Below are positions 18,114 to 26,410 of a stretch of 64,000 bases of DNA, one piece after another. Each line of letters starts with the position of its first letter. The stretch's first letter is position 1. Origin of the DNA: Gemmatimonadota bacterium (GTDB lineage: Bacteria > Gemmatimonadota > Gemmatimonadetes > Gemmatimonadales > Gemmatimonadaceae). The translations under genes were made by a program, and so were the position numbers. Below the pieces are notes generated by a model. That model made no database searches. It saw only the letters and a list, made by a program, of their open reading frames with translations, and was not told the DNA's origin. The DNA lies in contig PMAE01000041.1 in assembly GCA_003152485.1 (NCBI GenBank), forward strand, positions 20,235 through 84,234. Reading direction: 5' to 3'.

Positions 18114-18995
18114 TTAGGCGGTAGCCGCCTGCGCGCCCAACCGATGGAAGTAGACGTCCTCCAACCCCGCTTCGACGGGCGTGAACCCGGTGCCGGGGTC
18201 CGCGTCGCTATACACGTGCACGACGGGCGTGCCGGCGACCAACCGGGTGGAGATCACCTCGTGCGCGGCCGCGAATGCCGCCAGGTCCGCTCGCGGCACG
18301 ACGCTTCGCCAGACTCGCCCGCGTAGCTCCTCGATGACCGCCGCCGGATCCCCCGACAGCACGACGGCGCCCTGATTGATGATGGCCATCCGATGGCAGA
18401 GTTCTCGGACATCATCGACGATGTGCGTGGAGAGGATCACGATGACGCCCTCGCCAATCTCGCCGAGCAGATTGAGGAACCGCCGTCGCTCCGTCGGGTC
18501 GAGACCCGCCGTCGGCTCGTCGACGATCAGCAGTCGCGGGCTGCCCGCCAGCGCAATGGCGATCCCCAACCGTTGCTTCATGCCGCCCGAGAACCCGCCG
18601 ACTTTCTTGTGTCGCAGCTCGTACAGGTTGGTCTGCTGCAACAGGGCGCTCACCAGGTCGCGTCGCTCCCCGGACGCGGTCACGCCTTTGAGCTCGGCGA
18701 AATGATCGAGTACGGCCTCCGCCGATTGGTTGGGATAGAGTCCGAACTCCTGGGGGAGATAGCCGAGCTGCTTGCGGAGTTCGGCTGGCTGCGCCAGCAC
18801 GTCGATGTCACCGAGCCGGATCGCGCCAGAATCGGGGCGTTGGAGCGTCGCGATGGTGCGCATCAGCGTGGACTTGCCGGCCCCGTTCGGGCCCAGCAGT
18901 CCAAACATCCCTGGCGCGACGGTCAGCGTCACATCGCGGAGCGCCTGCACACCGTTGGCGTAGGTCTTGGACAACCCCTCGATCACCAGTTCCAC
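18114..18995 (-). CDS. ABC transporter ATP-binding protein
   Basis: GTG 18995 is preceded by GAGGAG. Walker A GPNGAGKST, signature FSGGMKQR, Walker B LLIVDEPTAGLD. Confidence 0.9.
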   Translation of the reverse strand: MELVIEGLSKTYANGVQALRDVTLTVAPGMFGLLGPNGAGKSTLMRTIATLQRPDSGAIRLGDIDVLAQPAELRKQLGYLPQEFGLYPNQSAEAVLDHFAELKGVTASGERRDLVSALLQQTNLYELRHKKVGGFSGGMKQRLGIAIALAGSPRLLIVDEPTAGLDPTERRRFLNLLGEIGEGVIVILSTHIVDDVRELCHRMAIINQGAVVLSGDPAAVIEELRGRVWRSVVPRADLAAFAAAHEVISTRLVAGTPVVHVYSDADPGTGFTPVEAGLEDVYFHRLGAQAATA

Positions 18996-19220
18996 GTATG
19001 CTCCTCTCGGGCCGAGTTGAGTGACGCTTGGTCCGGCTACGAGGATGATACTCACTGTGGCCAGCGCCCAATAGGAACGATTCGCCCCTGGCCATTTGCC
19101 GGCCTGGATGGGACGATGGTGGTCGTGATCGATGGCGGTGGACAGCACAGCTATGACTTTGAATACACCTTACCATAGTGTTCGAACCTGCTCCTCCCTG
19201 GATACCCCTGGACGAGTTCC

Positions 19221-19985
19221 ATGGCAACCCTTGGCTACTCAATTTTGGTCCCCGGGCTCGCGGCTCTCGTGGTTGCGGGTTGCGCCGGGTCACGTAATCT
19301 CGCGGCGCGCCAACCGCGGGCGTCACAGTCCGCCATTGAGGGGCAACTTCGGGTCAACACCCAGGCCCTACTCGATGCGATAGCGCCCGGCGACACCGCG
19401 GTGTGGAACCGACTCCTCGACTCCGCGGCGATCCAGGTGGATGAGAATGATGTCGTCCGGGGGAAGTCGGAAATCCTCGCTGCGCTCAGCCCGCTGCCGC
19501 CCGGGCTGGTTGGCCATCTCACGATCGACGACTTCAGGGTAGTGGTCCACGGCACCGTTGCGGTCGTGACCCACGAGGACGCCGAATATCTCGACTATCA
19601 CGGGCAGGTCATTCTCAGTCGATTCCGCATGACCGACACCTGGCTGGCCGAACGCGCGGGTTGGCGCGAAGTTGCGTCGCAGACGATGGCCGTGCAGCAG
19701 GACCCTCCGTCGATCCATCTCGATCATGCGACACTGTGCAGTTACGCAGGCCGATACGCGATGACGGATTCCATCGTTGCAACGATCCAGTGCGCGGGTG
19801 ACTCGCTGATTGTGCACCGGCAGGGCCGCCCCGACCGCGGGTTCCTACCCGAGGCGCGCGACGCGTTTTTCGAGCGGGGCCAGCCGCGCACGCGTCGCAT
19901 CTTTCAGTATGATGCGCAGGGTCGAGTCGTCGGTTTCGTCGATCGTCGCGAGGCACGCGACGTCATATGGAAGCGCGTTGGCTAG
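19221..19985 (+). CDS. DUF4440 (NTF2-like) lipoprotein with extra C-terminal domain
   Basis: Lipobox LVVAGCAG. The DUF4440-like core ends ...RMTDTWLAERAGWREVASQ and an extra domain of ~100 aa follows. Confidence 0.75.
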   Translation: MATLGYSILVPGLAALVVAGCAGSRNLAARQPRASQSAIEGQLRVNTQALLDAIAPGDTAVWNRLLDSAAIQVDENDVVRGKSEILAALSPLPPGLVGHLTIDDFRVVVHGTVAVVTHEDAEYLDYHGQVILSRFRMTDTWLAERAGWREVASQTMAVQQDPPSIHLDHATLCSYAGRYAMTDSIVATIQCAGDSLIVHRQGRPDRGFLPEARDAFFERGQPRTRRIFQYDAQGRVVGFVDRREARDVIWKRVG

Positions 19986-20312
19986 TCCACGCGTGCGTTG
20001 CCCTCGGCGATCGCTGCACTAGCTTTCCAATCGCGGCTATCACAGCATTCGGCCGACCAGATCGTCAACGCAATGTACGCGCGCGCGCCCAGTCGCCATC
20101 GTCAGCCGTCGCGCGTACCGTGTAGCACCCGGCGCGGAGGGGGTGACCCTCCGCGCGACGACGGTTAGTGGATCGAGTAGCGAGTCACACGCCACTGCGG
20201 GGAGGTCATCGCCAGCACTCCGTGGTACGCGCCGCAACGCTCGGGCTGCCCATGGCGCCGGCCATCATCGGTGGTGCGCCGGAGCTCCTCGGCACCCGGG
20301 TCGCCCCCGTCG

Positions 20313-20831
20313 TCAGGCGCGAGACGATGCAAGCGGTCGCGCCTGACCCGGAGTGAGGCACCCAGAATCGCTCGACTCGACCCGGGCCATGAAGCAACCC
20401 GCCTCACCGTTTCTGATGTGGCCGTATTCAGTCCCCGGCGTCGCGAGCACGTCCTCCAACACCTCCTCGATGCCCCGCGCACCGACCCGGAGTTGACGGA
20501 GCAGCTGCCCCTCGTTCCCATACGCTTCCACGACGAGCGGGATACTCCGGAAATCAGCGGGCACTTCCGACGCGTCGTACCGCGTGCACTCCGCGGCGTG
20601 CACGAAGACGGGTCCCGGAGCAGGGAGGCTCCCGGGAGCGGTGAACGGCTGGTACGTGAACAGCAATCGGTCCTCGTGGCCGACTGCGAACGTCCGTAAG
20701 CAGTGGCGGCACGGTCCGTACCCGGTCGCCGTGTCGCGATGCACAGGATGGCCGTATCCCGGCGCATGGCCGGTCGTTCGTACCGCGGTCGCAACGTCAG
20801 TTGGAATGCCGAGAAAGCGAAACACGGTCAT
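20313..20831 (-). CDS. DUF1203 domain protein
   Basis: ATG 20831. GYGPCRHCLRTFAVGHEDRLLFTYQPF...GPVFVHAAEC...GCFMARVE matches the DUF1203 pattern. Confidence 0.7.
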   Translation of the reverse strand: MTVFRFLGIPTDVATAVRTTGHAPGYGHPVHRDTATGYGPCRHCLRTFAVGHEDRLLFTYQPFTAPGSLPAPGPVFVHAAECTRYDASEVPADFRSIPLVVEAYGNEGQLLRQLRVGARGIEEVLEDVLATPGTEYGHIRNGEAGCFMARVESSDSGCLTPGQARPLASSRA

Positions 20832-20982
20832 GCTCACTCCTGGGAGGGGTGAGGCCAACGTACCGGGGGCGAGCTATGCCGGTCTATCCGATTGTTGCTC
20901 GCATATTCGGCGACGGCCCGAGGGCGGACCCGTGCACGGAGGCATGACTGGGGCGCCATCCCGGCGCCCGTCGCCACGCGAC

Positions 20983-21582
20983 CTATTTAGACCAGGGCGG
21001 CTTGATCCCGTTCATCCGGCAGTACGCGATGAGCTGACCCAGATGTTCGTGCATGTCGGCGAGCATCCCGTCCGACGTGGCCACGATCGTATAGTCGCCG
21101 CCGAAGAGCTTCTTCGTGCCGGTGAGGGTCGAGGGGTCGAGCCCGTTTACCGCGGTCGTGGCGTACGCAAATCCTTCCTTGAGGTGTTTGAGCACGTCAT
21201 CCTTCGTCGACATCTTCTCAAACGCGTCCATGGCCGGCTGTCCCTTGGCGATGGCCGGGGACCGGGCGGCGCCAAACGACATCGGCGTATACACGTAGTA
21301 CTCGCTCGCCACGTGCATGAATACCTCGCCTACCGACCGCACGCCGGGAGCCGGACGCCACGAGTACTTATCCGCGGGGATCGCCTGCGCGAGCGCCAGA
21401 AACTTTGACTGCAGCGTATCGAGGTCGAGCAGGTACTCCTTCCGCACCAAGATGGCGGCATCGCGGTCCGGCGCTGCCTGGGCACCAACAGTCCCCGAAA
21501 CGCCGGCCAGCCCGACCACGACCGCCAACGTCGCGATACACCGCTGTCCGAGCCACCGCGTGGATCTGGCAAGCTGCCGCAT
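20983..21582 (-). CDS. DinB-family protein with signal peptide
   Basis: ATG 21582 is preceded by GAGGAG. ...KYSWRPAPGVRSVGEVFMHVA...DMHEHLGQLIAYCRMNG is a DinB_2 four-helix pattern with His ligands. Confidence 0.8.
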   Translation of the reverse strand: MRQLARSTRWLGQRCIATLAVVVGLAGVSGTVGAQAAPDRDAAILVRKEYLLDLDTLQSKFLALAQAIPADKYSWRPAPGVRSVGEVFMHVASEYYVYTPMSFGAARSPAIAKGQPAMDAFEKMSTKDDVLKHLKEGFAYATTAVNGLDPSTLTGTKKLFGGDYTIVATSDGMLADMHEHLGQLIAYCRMNGIKPPWSK

Positions 21583-21724
21583 GGTACATCTCCTCGTCGT
21601 GAGATCGTGGTGGACCAATGTGCCCGAATGGGTACTTGGACCCCGCAGGCGAATCGACGGTTGTCCATACGAGACGCTGACGCTTCGAACCAGGCCGTGC
21701 GCACTGCGGACGCCAGCCCCCCGA

Positions 21725-22582
21725 TCACTCGATCTTCGCGACTCCGTCGCCCGGCGTGGGGAACCGGACGAACACGTCGGGATCGTGGCCCGGAATGATG
21801 AGCCGCGGGCTCGACGCGATGTGGCGCATCCGGTCTTGGGCTTGGAGGTTCGAGGTCGAATCGCCGGGAACGTACGTCGCGCCGATCGGCACGTGCTTGG
21901 CCAGGTTCTCGAACATGTACATGTTGTCCGACGCCAGGACAACGACACCCGCCGCCGTCTGGACGCCGACGTACTCGGACGCGTAGGTGTGCCGGCCACC
22001 CGTGTACACGGTGATGCCAGGAATCACTTCCCGCGCATCCCCATCCACGAGCTGGACGCGACCGGCGCGATGCAGCTGCGCCAACATGTGCGCATCCACG
22101 GTGTCGATGGCGTTATCCAGCGGCTCGCCATTCGACCCCACATAGTGGTCGTACTCGGCCTTCTGGATCCAGATGCGCGCCTTGGGGAAGAGGTCAGCCC
22201 CGTCGAGATGGTCCCAATGGATGTGCGAGATGATGATGTCGGTGATGTCCTCGGGCTTGAGTCCGACTTTGGCGATCGCCGCTGATGGCCGCTGCCAGTC
22301 AAATGGCTTCCACGCGGTGAGGAATTGCTCCCGGTAGAATCCGGCATCGAGTAGGACGTTGCGTCCGTTTCCCTTTATGACCCCGACCATGAACGCCAGG
22401 TCGGTGCGCCGGCTCGTATCGGCACCCCGCACGAGTTCGGACACCGGAAACGAATGAAAGCCGGCGAATCGCACCATGTAGACCTCGTACGGCGGTCCCG
22501 AATGCGACGGCTGCGCCTGAAGCGTCGCCCCGCAGGCGAGCACGCCGACCACAGCCACCGCGAAGGCACAACGGGTAGTCAC
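21725..22582 (-). CDS. MBL-fold metallo-hydrolase (AHL-lactonase-like), exported
   Basis: IISHIHWDHLDG (HxHxDH). The N-terminus is hydrophobic and signal-like after GTG 22582. The start is uncertain and ATG 22681 is also possible. Confidence 0.8.
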   Translation of the reverse strand: MTTRCAFAVAVVGVLACGATLQAQPSHSGPPYEVYMVRFAGFHSFPVSELVRGADTSRRTDLAFMVGVIKGNGRNVLLDAGFYREQFLTAWKPFDWQRPSAAIAKVGLKPEDITDIIISHIHWDHLDGADLFPKARIWIQKAEYDHYVGSNGEPLDNAIDTVDAHMLAQLHRAGRVQLVDGDAREVIPGITVYTGGRHTYASEYVGVQTAAGVVVLASDNMYMFENLAKHVPIGATYVPGDSTSNLQAQDRMRHIASSPRLIIPGHDPDVFVRFPTPGDGVAKIE

Positions 22583-22694
22583 GAGAGGAGGCTCCGGACG
22601 AGGTGTACGGGGATGACCTTCGGCGAGTCGGGCGACGTAGTCCGGCTGGATTCTAGGCTCCGGGCGCTGGCGCCGCCACATGCGACATAGCACG

Positions 22695-22710
22695 TGCCAT
22701 AGCTCTGCCA
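22695..22710 (-). promoter_or_regulatory. candidate sigma54 (-24/-12) promoter facing the MBL hydrolase gene
   Basis: The minus strand reads TGGCAG-AGCTA-TGGCA, with GG and GC in the canonical 12-nt register (consensus TGGCAC-N5-TTGCW). Confidence 0.35.
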
Positions 22711-22835
22711 GATGGCTGCATGCCTCGCGTGCGCGGATGGGATCGCTCCCGCGGCGCGCCACCCTTGCTGCCTGTCACGACTGCGGGTAACCTCACCCCG
22801 ACGCTCACTCCCTCCCTGGCCGGGCCGCCTCCTCC

Positions 22836-24407
22836 ATGACTTTCCAGCGCAAGCTGCTGCTGGGGTTCTCGCTCATGGCCCTGCCCGCGCTCCTCGTCGC
22901 GGGTGAGGCGATCCGCACCAATCTGCTCGAGCGGGCCGCGCTCCGGGCGCTGGGTGAGGATCTGGCGCGTTCGCGCACCTACGGCGAGTTGGAGACGGCC
23001 ATGTTCAACCAAACCGAAACGGTCTGGCGATACCTGACCGGGATGGACCCCACCGCGCGCCAGGAGTTCGATCTCAACGGACAGGTCATCGACTACTGGC
23101 AGCAACGATGGCGCTCGGAGCTCCGCCCTGATGAGATGGGGCTCGCCAACGATGTCCACGAAGTGCAGCGACAGATTCGCGTCACCGTCGTCCATGTCTT
23201 CGCGGTCTACGATTCCGGCCAGCACGAAGCCGCGTATCGCTTGGCACAGCTGGAGATTCGCGACCGACTGCTCCCCGTGCTCGACGACCTGAATCGCAAC
23301 ATCTATCGACGAGCCCGTGAATCGAGCGTCCGCGGTGCGTATGCGCATCTGGCGGACATCGTCGCCGATGAGAACCGCGCGCTGGTCGCCATCCTCGTGC
23401 TCGCGCTGGCGACCGCCTTCGTCGCGTCCTGGCTCATCGCGCGCAGTGTGGCGCGCCCCATCAGCCAACTCCGGGAAGCGATGGCCGTCGTCGGCACCGG
23501 ACGACTGGACTATCCGATCGAGACCCGCTCGTCGGATGAGATCGGCGATCTCGCGCGCGCATTCGCGACGATGACCGAGCACCTGCGCCAGTCGCGCGCA
23601 GACATGGACCGTCTCAACATTGAGCTCGAGGCCAAGGTCGCGCAACTCGAGCGCACACAAGCGCAGCTCGTGCACTCCGAGCGGCTGGCCTCGATCGGCG
23701 AGATGGCCGCCGCGGTCGCCCATGGTATTCGCAACCCGCTCGCCAGTCTGCGCGCCGCCGCGCAACTCGCCCTCCGGCAGGCCCAGCACCAAGGCCCGCG
23801 AGAGCACCTGGGCGTCATCATCGGCGAAGTGGATCGCCTCGATCGGCGGGTCAGCCACCTGCTCAACTTCTCGCGGCCAGCGCCCGTACATCAGATGCGA
23901 GAGAGCGTCGCGCGGTTGATCGAGGACCTGACGCCGCCCTTTACCGAGCTGCTTCGCGAACGGCGCATCACGCTCGAGGTCCAGGTCGCGCCGTCGCTCC
24001 CCGATGTCCAGGTCGATCCCATGCAGGTGGAGCAGGCGCTGGTCGAAATCGTCTCCAATGCGCTCGACGCCATGCCGTCGGGCGGCCATCTGCGAATAGC
24101 TGCCCGCGCCGACACCACGGATGGACAGCCGGGCGTCGTCATCGAGATCGCCGACACCGGCGTCGGTATCCCGGAACACGTGATGCCATCGATTTTCGAC
24201 CCCTTCTTTACGACCCGCCCGGAAGGCACCGGCCTTGGGCTCGCCGTCGCGAAGCGATTCATCGAGCAGAACGGCGGGCAACTCGCGATCGCGAGCGCCC
24301 CCGGCATCGGCACTACTATCCAATTGCGGCTGGTCGCGGCGGCAGACCACGACTCAGCGCCAGTCACGATCTCGGCCGCGAATTCCACGTCCACGAGTTC
24401 CACGTGA
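22836..24407 (+). CDS. sensor histidine kinase (TM - helical sensor - TM - HAMP - HisKA - HATPase_c)
   Basis: H-box SIGEMAAAVAHGIRNPL. G boxes EIADTGVGI and GTGLGLAV. HAMP-like ARSVARPISQLREAMAVVGTGRLD. Confidence 0.9.
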   Translation: MTFQRKLLLGFSLMALPALLVAGEAIRTNLLERAALRALGEDLARSRTYGELETAMFNQTETVWRYLTGMDPTARQEFDLNGQVIDYWQQRWRSELRPDEMGLANDVHEVQRQIRVTVVHVFAVYDSGQHEAAYRLAQLEIRDRLLPVLDDLNRNIYRRARESSVRGAYAHLADIVADENRALVAILVLALATAFVASWLIARSVARPISQLREAMAVVGTGRLDYPIETRSSDEIGDLARAFATMTEHLRQSRADMDRLNIELEAKVAQLERTQAQLVHSERLASIGEMAAAVAHGIRNPLASLRAAAQLALRQAQHQGPREHLGVIIGEVDRLDRRVSHLLNFSRPAPVHQMRESVARLIEDLTPPFTELLRERRITLEVQVAPSLPDVQVDPMQVEQALVEIVSNALDAMPSGGHLRIAARADTTDGQPGVVIEIADTGVGIPEHVMPSIFDPFFTTRPEGTGLGLAVAKRFIEQNGGQLAIASAPGIGTTIQLRLVAAADHDSAPVTISAANSTSTSST

Positions 24408-24417
24408 AGCCGACCGT

Positions 24418-24501
24418 ATGAGCGCCACGGCATGAGCGTCTCCGCATGAGCGTCTCCGCATGAGCGCCACAGCATGAACTCCGCAGCATGAGCGCCTCCA
24501 C
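24418..24501 (+). repeat. six tandem 14-bp units (ATGAGCGYC-type), the last containing the regulator start codon
   Basis: ATG at 24418, 24432, 24446, 24460, 24474 and 24488. Units 1-5 each read ATG + 4 codons + TGA, and each TGA overlaps the next ATG (ATGA). Confidence 0.9.
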
Positions 24502-25900
24502 CGTCCTCATCATCGACGATGAGCGCACCCTCGCGCGATCGATCAAGGCGTTTCTGATTGATTCGGGCTACGACGCCGAGGTCGCCGGAAGCGGAGAGCA
24601 GGCACTCGAGCAGCTCGAGCGCATCCGGCCGGACGTGATCTTCGCGGATATGCGACTCCCCGGTATGAATGGCATCGAGCTCCTGCGCCGCATCCGGGAA
24701 TTCGATCCCGCAGTGCCCGTCATCATGATGACGGCCTACGGCACGATTGAAGGCGCGGTCGAGGCGGTCAAGCTCGGCGCCTTCGACTACCTGAAGAAAC
24801 CCGTCGATTTGGACGAGCTCAAATTGCTCACCGACCGGGCGCGTGAATCCTCGCGGTTGAAACAGGAGCTGTCGTACTATCGACGTCGTGGGACTCCCGA
24901 GGTGCGATTCGCGGAGATCGTCGGTCAGTCGCCCGCGATGCTGGCGGTGCTGGATCGCGCGAGACAGATCGCGGTCCTCGACGATGTGCCGCCGGTGTTG
25001 ATCACGGGCGAGACGGGCACTGGCAAGGGCCTGCTCGCCCGCAGCATCCATGCGTCGGGTCCACGCGCGGCCAAGCCATTCATTGAAGTCAACTGTACCG
25101 CGTTGCCGGCCACGTTGATGGAGGCCGAGCTCTTTGGCCACGAGCGTGGCGCCTTCACCGACGCCAAGGAATCGAAGATCGGTCTCTTCGAAGCCGCCGA
25201 AGGCGGATATCTCTTTCTCGACGAAGTCGGCGACATCGAGCTGCCGCTCCAAGGGAAATTGCTGCGCGCGATCGAAGACCGGGTGGTCCGCCGCGTCGGC
25301 GGAATCCGCGACCGCAAGATCGATACGCGAATCTTCGCCGCTACCAATCGCGACCTGGAGCGCGACGCGCAGCTCGGACGGTTCCGCAAAGACCTGTATT
25401 TCCGGCTCGCCGTCATTCTGCTCCGATTGCCGCCCCTGCGAGAGCGCGGTGACGATGTCCTCCTACTCGCCGAGCAGTTCCTGCACCAGTTCGGGGCCAA
25501 ATACGGCAAGGATGTGCGAGAGCTCAGTCCCCGCGCCCGTGCGCTGTTGCTCACCTACCCGTGGCCCGGCAACGTGCGCGAGCTCAGTCACGTGATCGAG
25601 CGTGCGGTGCTCTGGAGCCGCGGCCCGGTCCTGGACGCCGACCATCTCTCGCTCACCGAGCCCGCGCCGCCCGAGACCGCCGCCGCCGATGATCTCCATC
25701 CGATTGCGAACGGCAGTGACGCGTCCAATATCGGATTCGGCATTCCGCCCGGCGCCGGCGACCTCCCCCAATGGGAGAAATCGGTGATCGAGCATGCATT
25801 GCGCGAAGCCGGCGGCAACCAAACGAAAGCCGCCCACCGACTCGGCATCAGCCGCGACACGCTACGCTATCGTTTGAAGAAGTTCGGGATCCAAGCGTAG
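24488..25900 (+). CDS. sigma54-dependent response regulator (NtrC family: REC-AAA+-Fis HTH)
   Basis: REC (VLIIDDE...FADMRLPGMNG), Walker A GETGTGKG, GAFTDA (GAFTGA-type sigma54 contact loop) and C-terminal HTH NQTKAAHRLGISRDTLRYRLKKFG. Confidence 0.92.
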   Translation: MSASTVLIIDDERTLARSIKAFLIDSGYDAEVAGSGEQALEQLERIRPDVIFADMRLPGMNGIELLRRIREFDPAVPVIMMTAYGTIEGAVEAVKLGAFDYLKKPVDLDELKLLTDRARESSRLKQELSYYRRRGTPEVRFAEIVGQSPAMLAVLDRARQIAVLDDVPPVLITGETGTGKGLLARSIHASGPRAAKPFIEVNCTALPATLMEAELFGHERGAFTDAKESKIGLFEAAEGGYLFLDEVGDIELPLQGKLLRAIEDRVVRRVGGIRDRKIDTRIFAATNRDLERDAQLGRFRKDLYFRLAVILLRLPPLRERGDDVLLLAEQFLHQFGAKYGKDVRELSPRARALLLTYPWPGNVRELSHVIERAVLWSRGPVLDADHLSLTEPAPPETAAADDLHPIANGSDASNIGFGIPPGAGDLPQWEKSVIEHALREAGGNQTKAAHRLGISRDTLRYRLKKFGIQA

Positions 25901-25994
25901 TCAGCCGGGAGCCCGCAGCCGCCAAGAGGCTCCGAATTGCGAATCAGCGCGCTTAGCGCCTGTCCCCTACCGGGTGCCAATGGACTACGCAGCA

Positions 25995-26016
25995 GGGGCC
26001 GTTCCCGAACGGCCCC
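25995..26016 (+). terminator. GC hairpin after the regulator gene
   Basis: GGGGCCGTT-CCCG-AACGGCCCC. The T tract is weak. Confidence 0.4.
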
Positions 26017-26090
26017 TACCTTCCCGATGCATCAATCCTCATGTCATCGCGACGGACGCCGCCGGCGCCTGTGGTGTACATTCGCGAGCT

Positions 26091-26124
26091 GGGTCATTTC
26101 ACCCAATTACCAGCCAAATGACCC
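26091..26124. promoter_or_regulatory. 9-bp inverted repeat, candidate enhancer (UAS) for the pqqA promoter
   Basis: GGGTCATTT-N16-AAATGACCC is centred about 120-130 bp upstream of the sigma54-like promoter. Confidence 0.3.
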
Positions 26125-26224
26125 TCCCCGCCCCAGAAATCTAACTCGACAGCTACAACCAGCCAGATCGCATAAGACGCAACGCAACAACTAGTTAGGC
26201 GACGTCTCGAGGCCGTCAATGCCG

Positions 26225-26240
26225 TGGCATGCGGCGTGCT
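26225..26240 (+). promoter_or_regulatory. candidate sigma54 (-24/-12) promoter upstream of pqqA
   Basis: TGGCAT-GCGGC-GTGCT against consensus TGGCAC-N5-TTGCW. GG and GC are in the correct register. It lies 74 nt upstream of ATG 26314. Confidence 0.5.
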
Positions 26241-26313
26241 TATATGCGAGGCAGAGTCGAGCCATCCAATGATTCGGCCAGATGCTGCATCATGATCAAC
26301 CTCGGAGCGCCAT

Positions 26314-26385
26314 ATGTGGACCAAGCCTGAATTCGAAGTCGTAGAAGTCACGATGGAAGTGACCGCCTACGTCGCCCGGCGCTAA
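26314..26385 (+). CDS. pqqA: coenzyme PQQ precursor peptide PqqA (orphan copy)
   Basis: A 23-codon ORF absent from the 60-aa-threshold track: MWTKPEFEVVEVTMEVTAYVARR. It has the MWTKP opening and the E-x-x-x-Y cross-link pair (EVTAY). GGAG lies 6 nt upstream of the ATG and a terminator follows. Confidence 0.8.
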   Translation: MWTKPEFEVVEVTMEVTAYVARR

Positions 26386-26410
26386 GAGCCGGACGTAGCG
26401 TGCAAGTAAA

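Noticed and set aside
20165-20312. Possible small gene downstream of the DUF1203 gene (frame ending ...PERCGAYHGVLAMTSPQWRVTRYSIH*)
   Set aside because: It is part of a 209-aa GC-artefact-like ORF. There is no plausible start with an SD and no recognised motif.
21725-22582. Idea that the MBL-fold gene could be pqqB, partnering the orphan pqqA
   Set aside because: It has a signal-like N-terminus and the HIHWDHLDG lactonase-type motif. It does not resemble PqqB in length or N-terminal Cys-rich region, and it is on the other side of the two-component genes.
24418-24501. Whether the 14-bp, 12-bp and 15-bp tandem repeats (24418, 43367, 57504, 37121) represent CRISPR arrays
   Set aside because: The units are directly abutting with no spacers, are far shorter than CRISPR repeats, and no cas genes are present.
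22653-25252. Long minus-strand ORFs (22653..24350 and 23891..25252) across the kinase and regulator genes
   Set aside because: They lie antisense to genes with complete HisKA/HATPase and REC/AAA+ motifs. Their composition is typical of GC-driven open frames.
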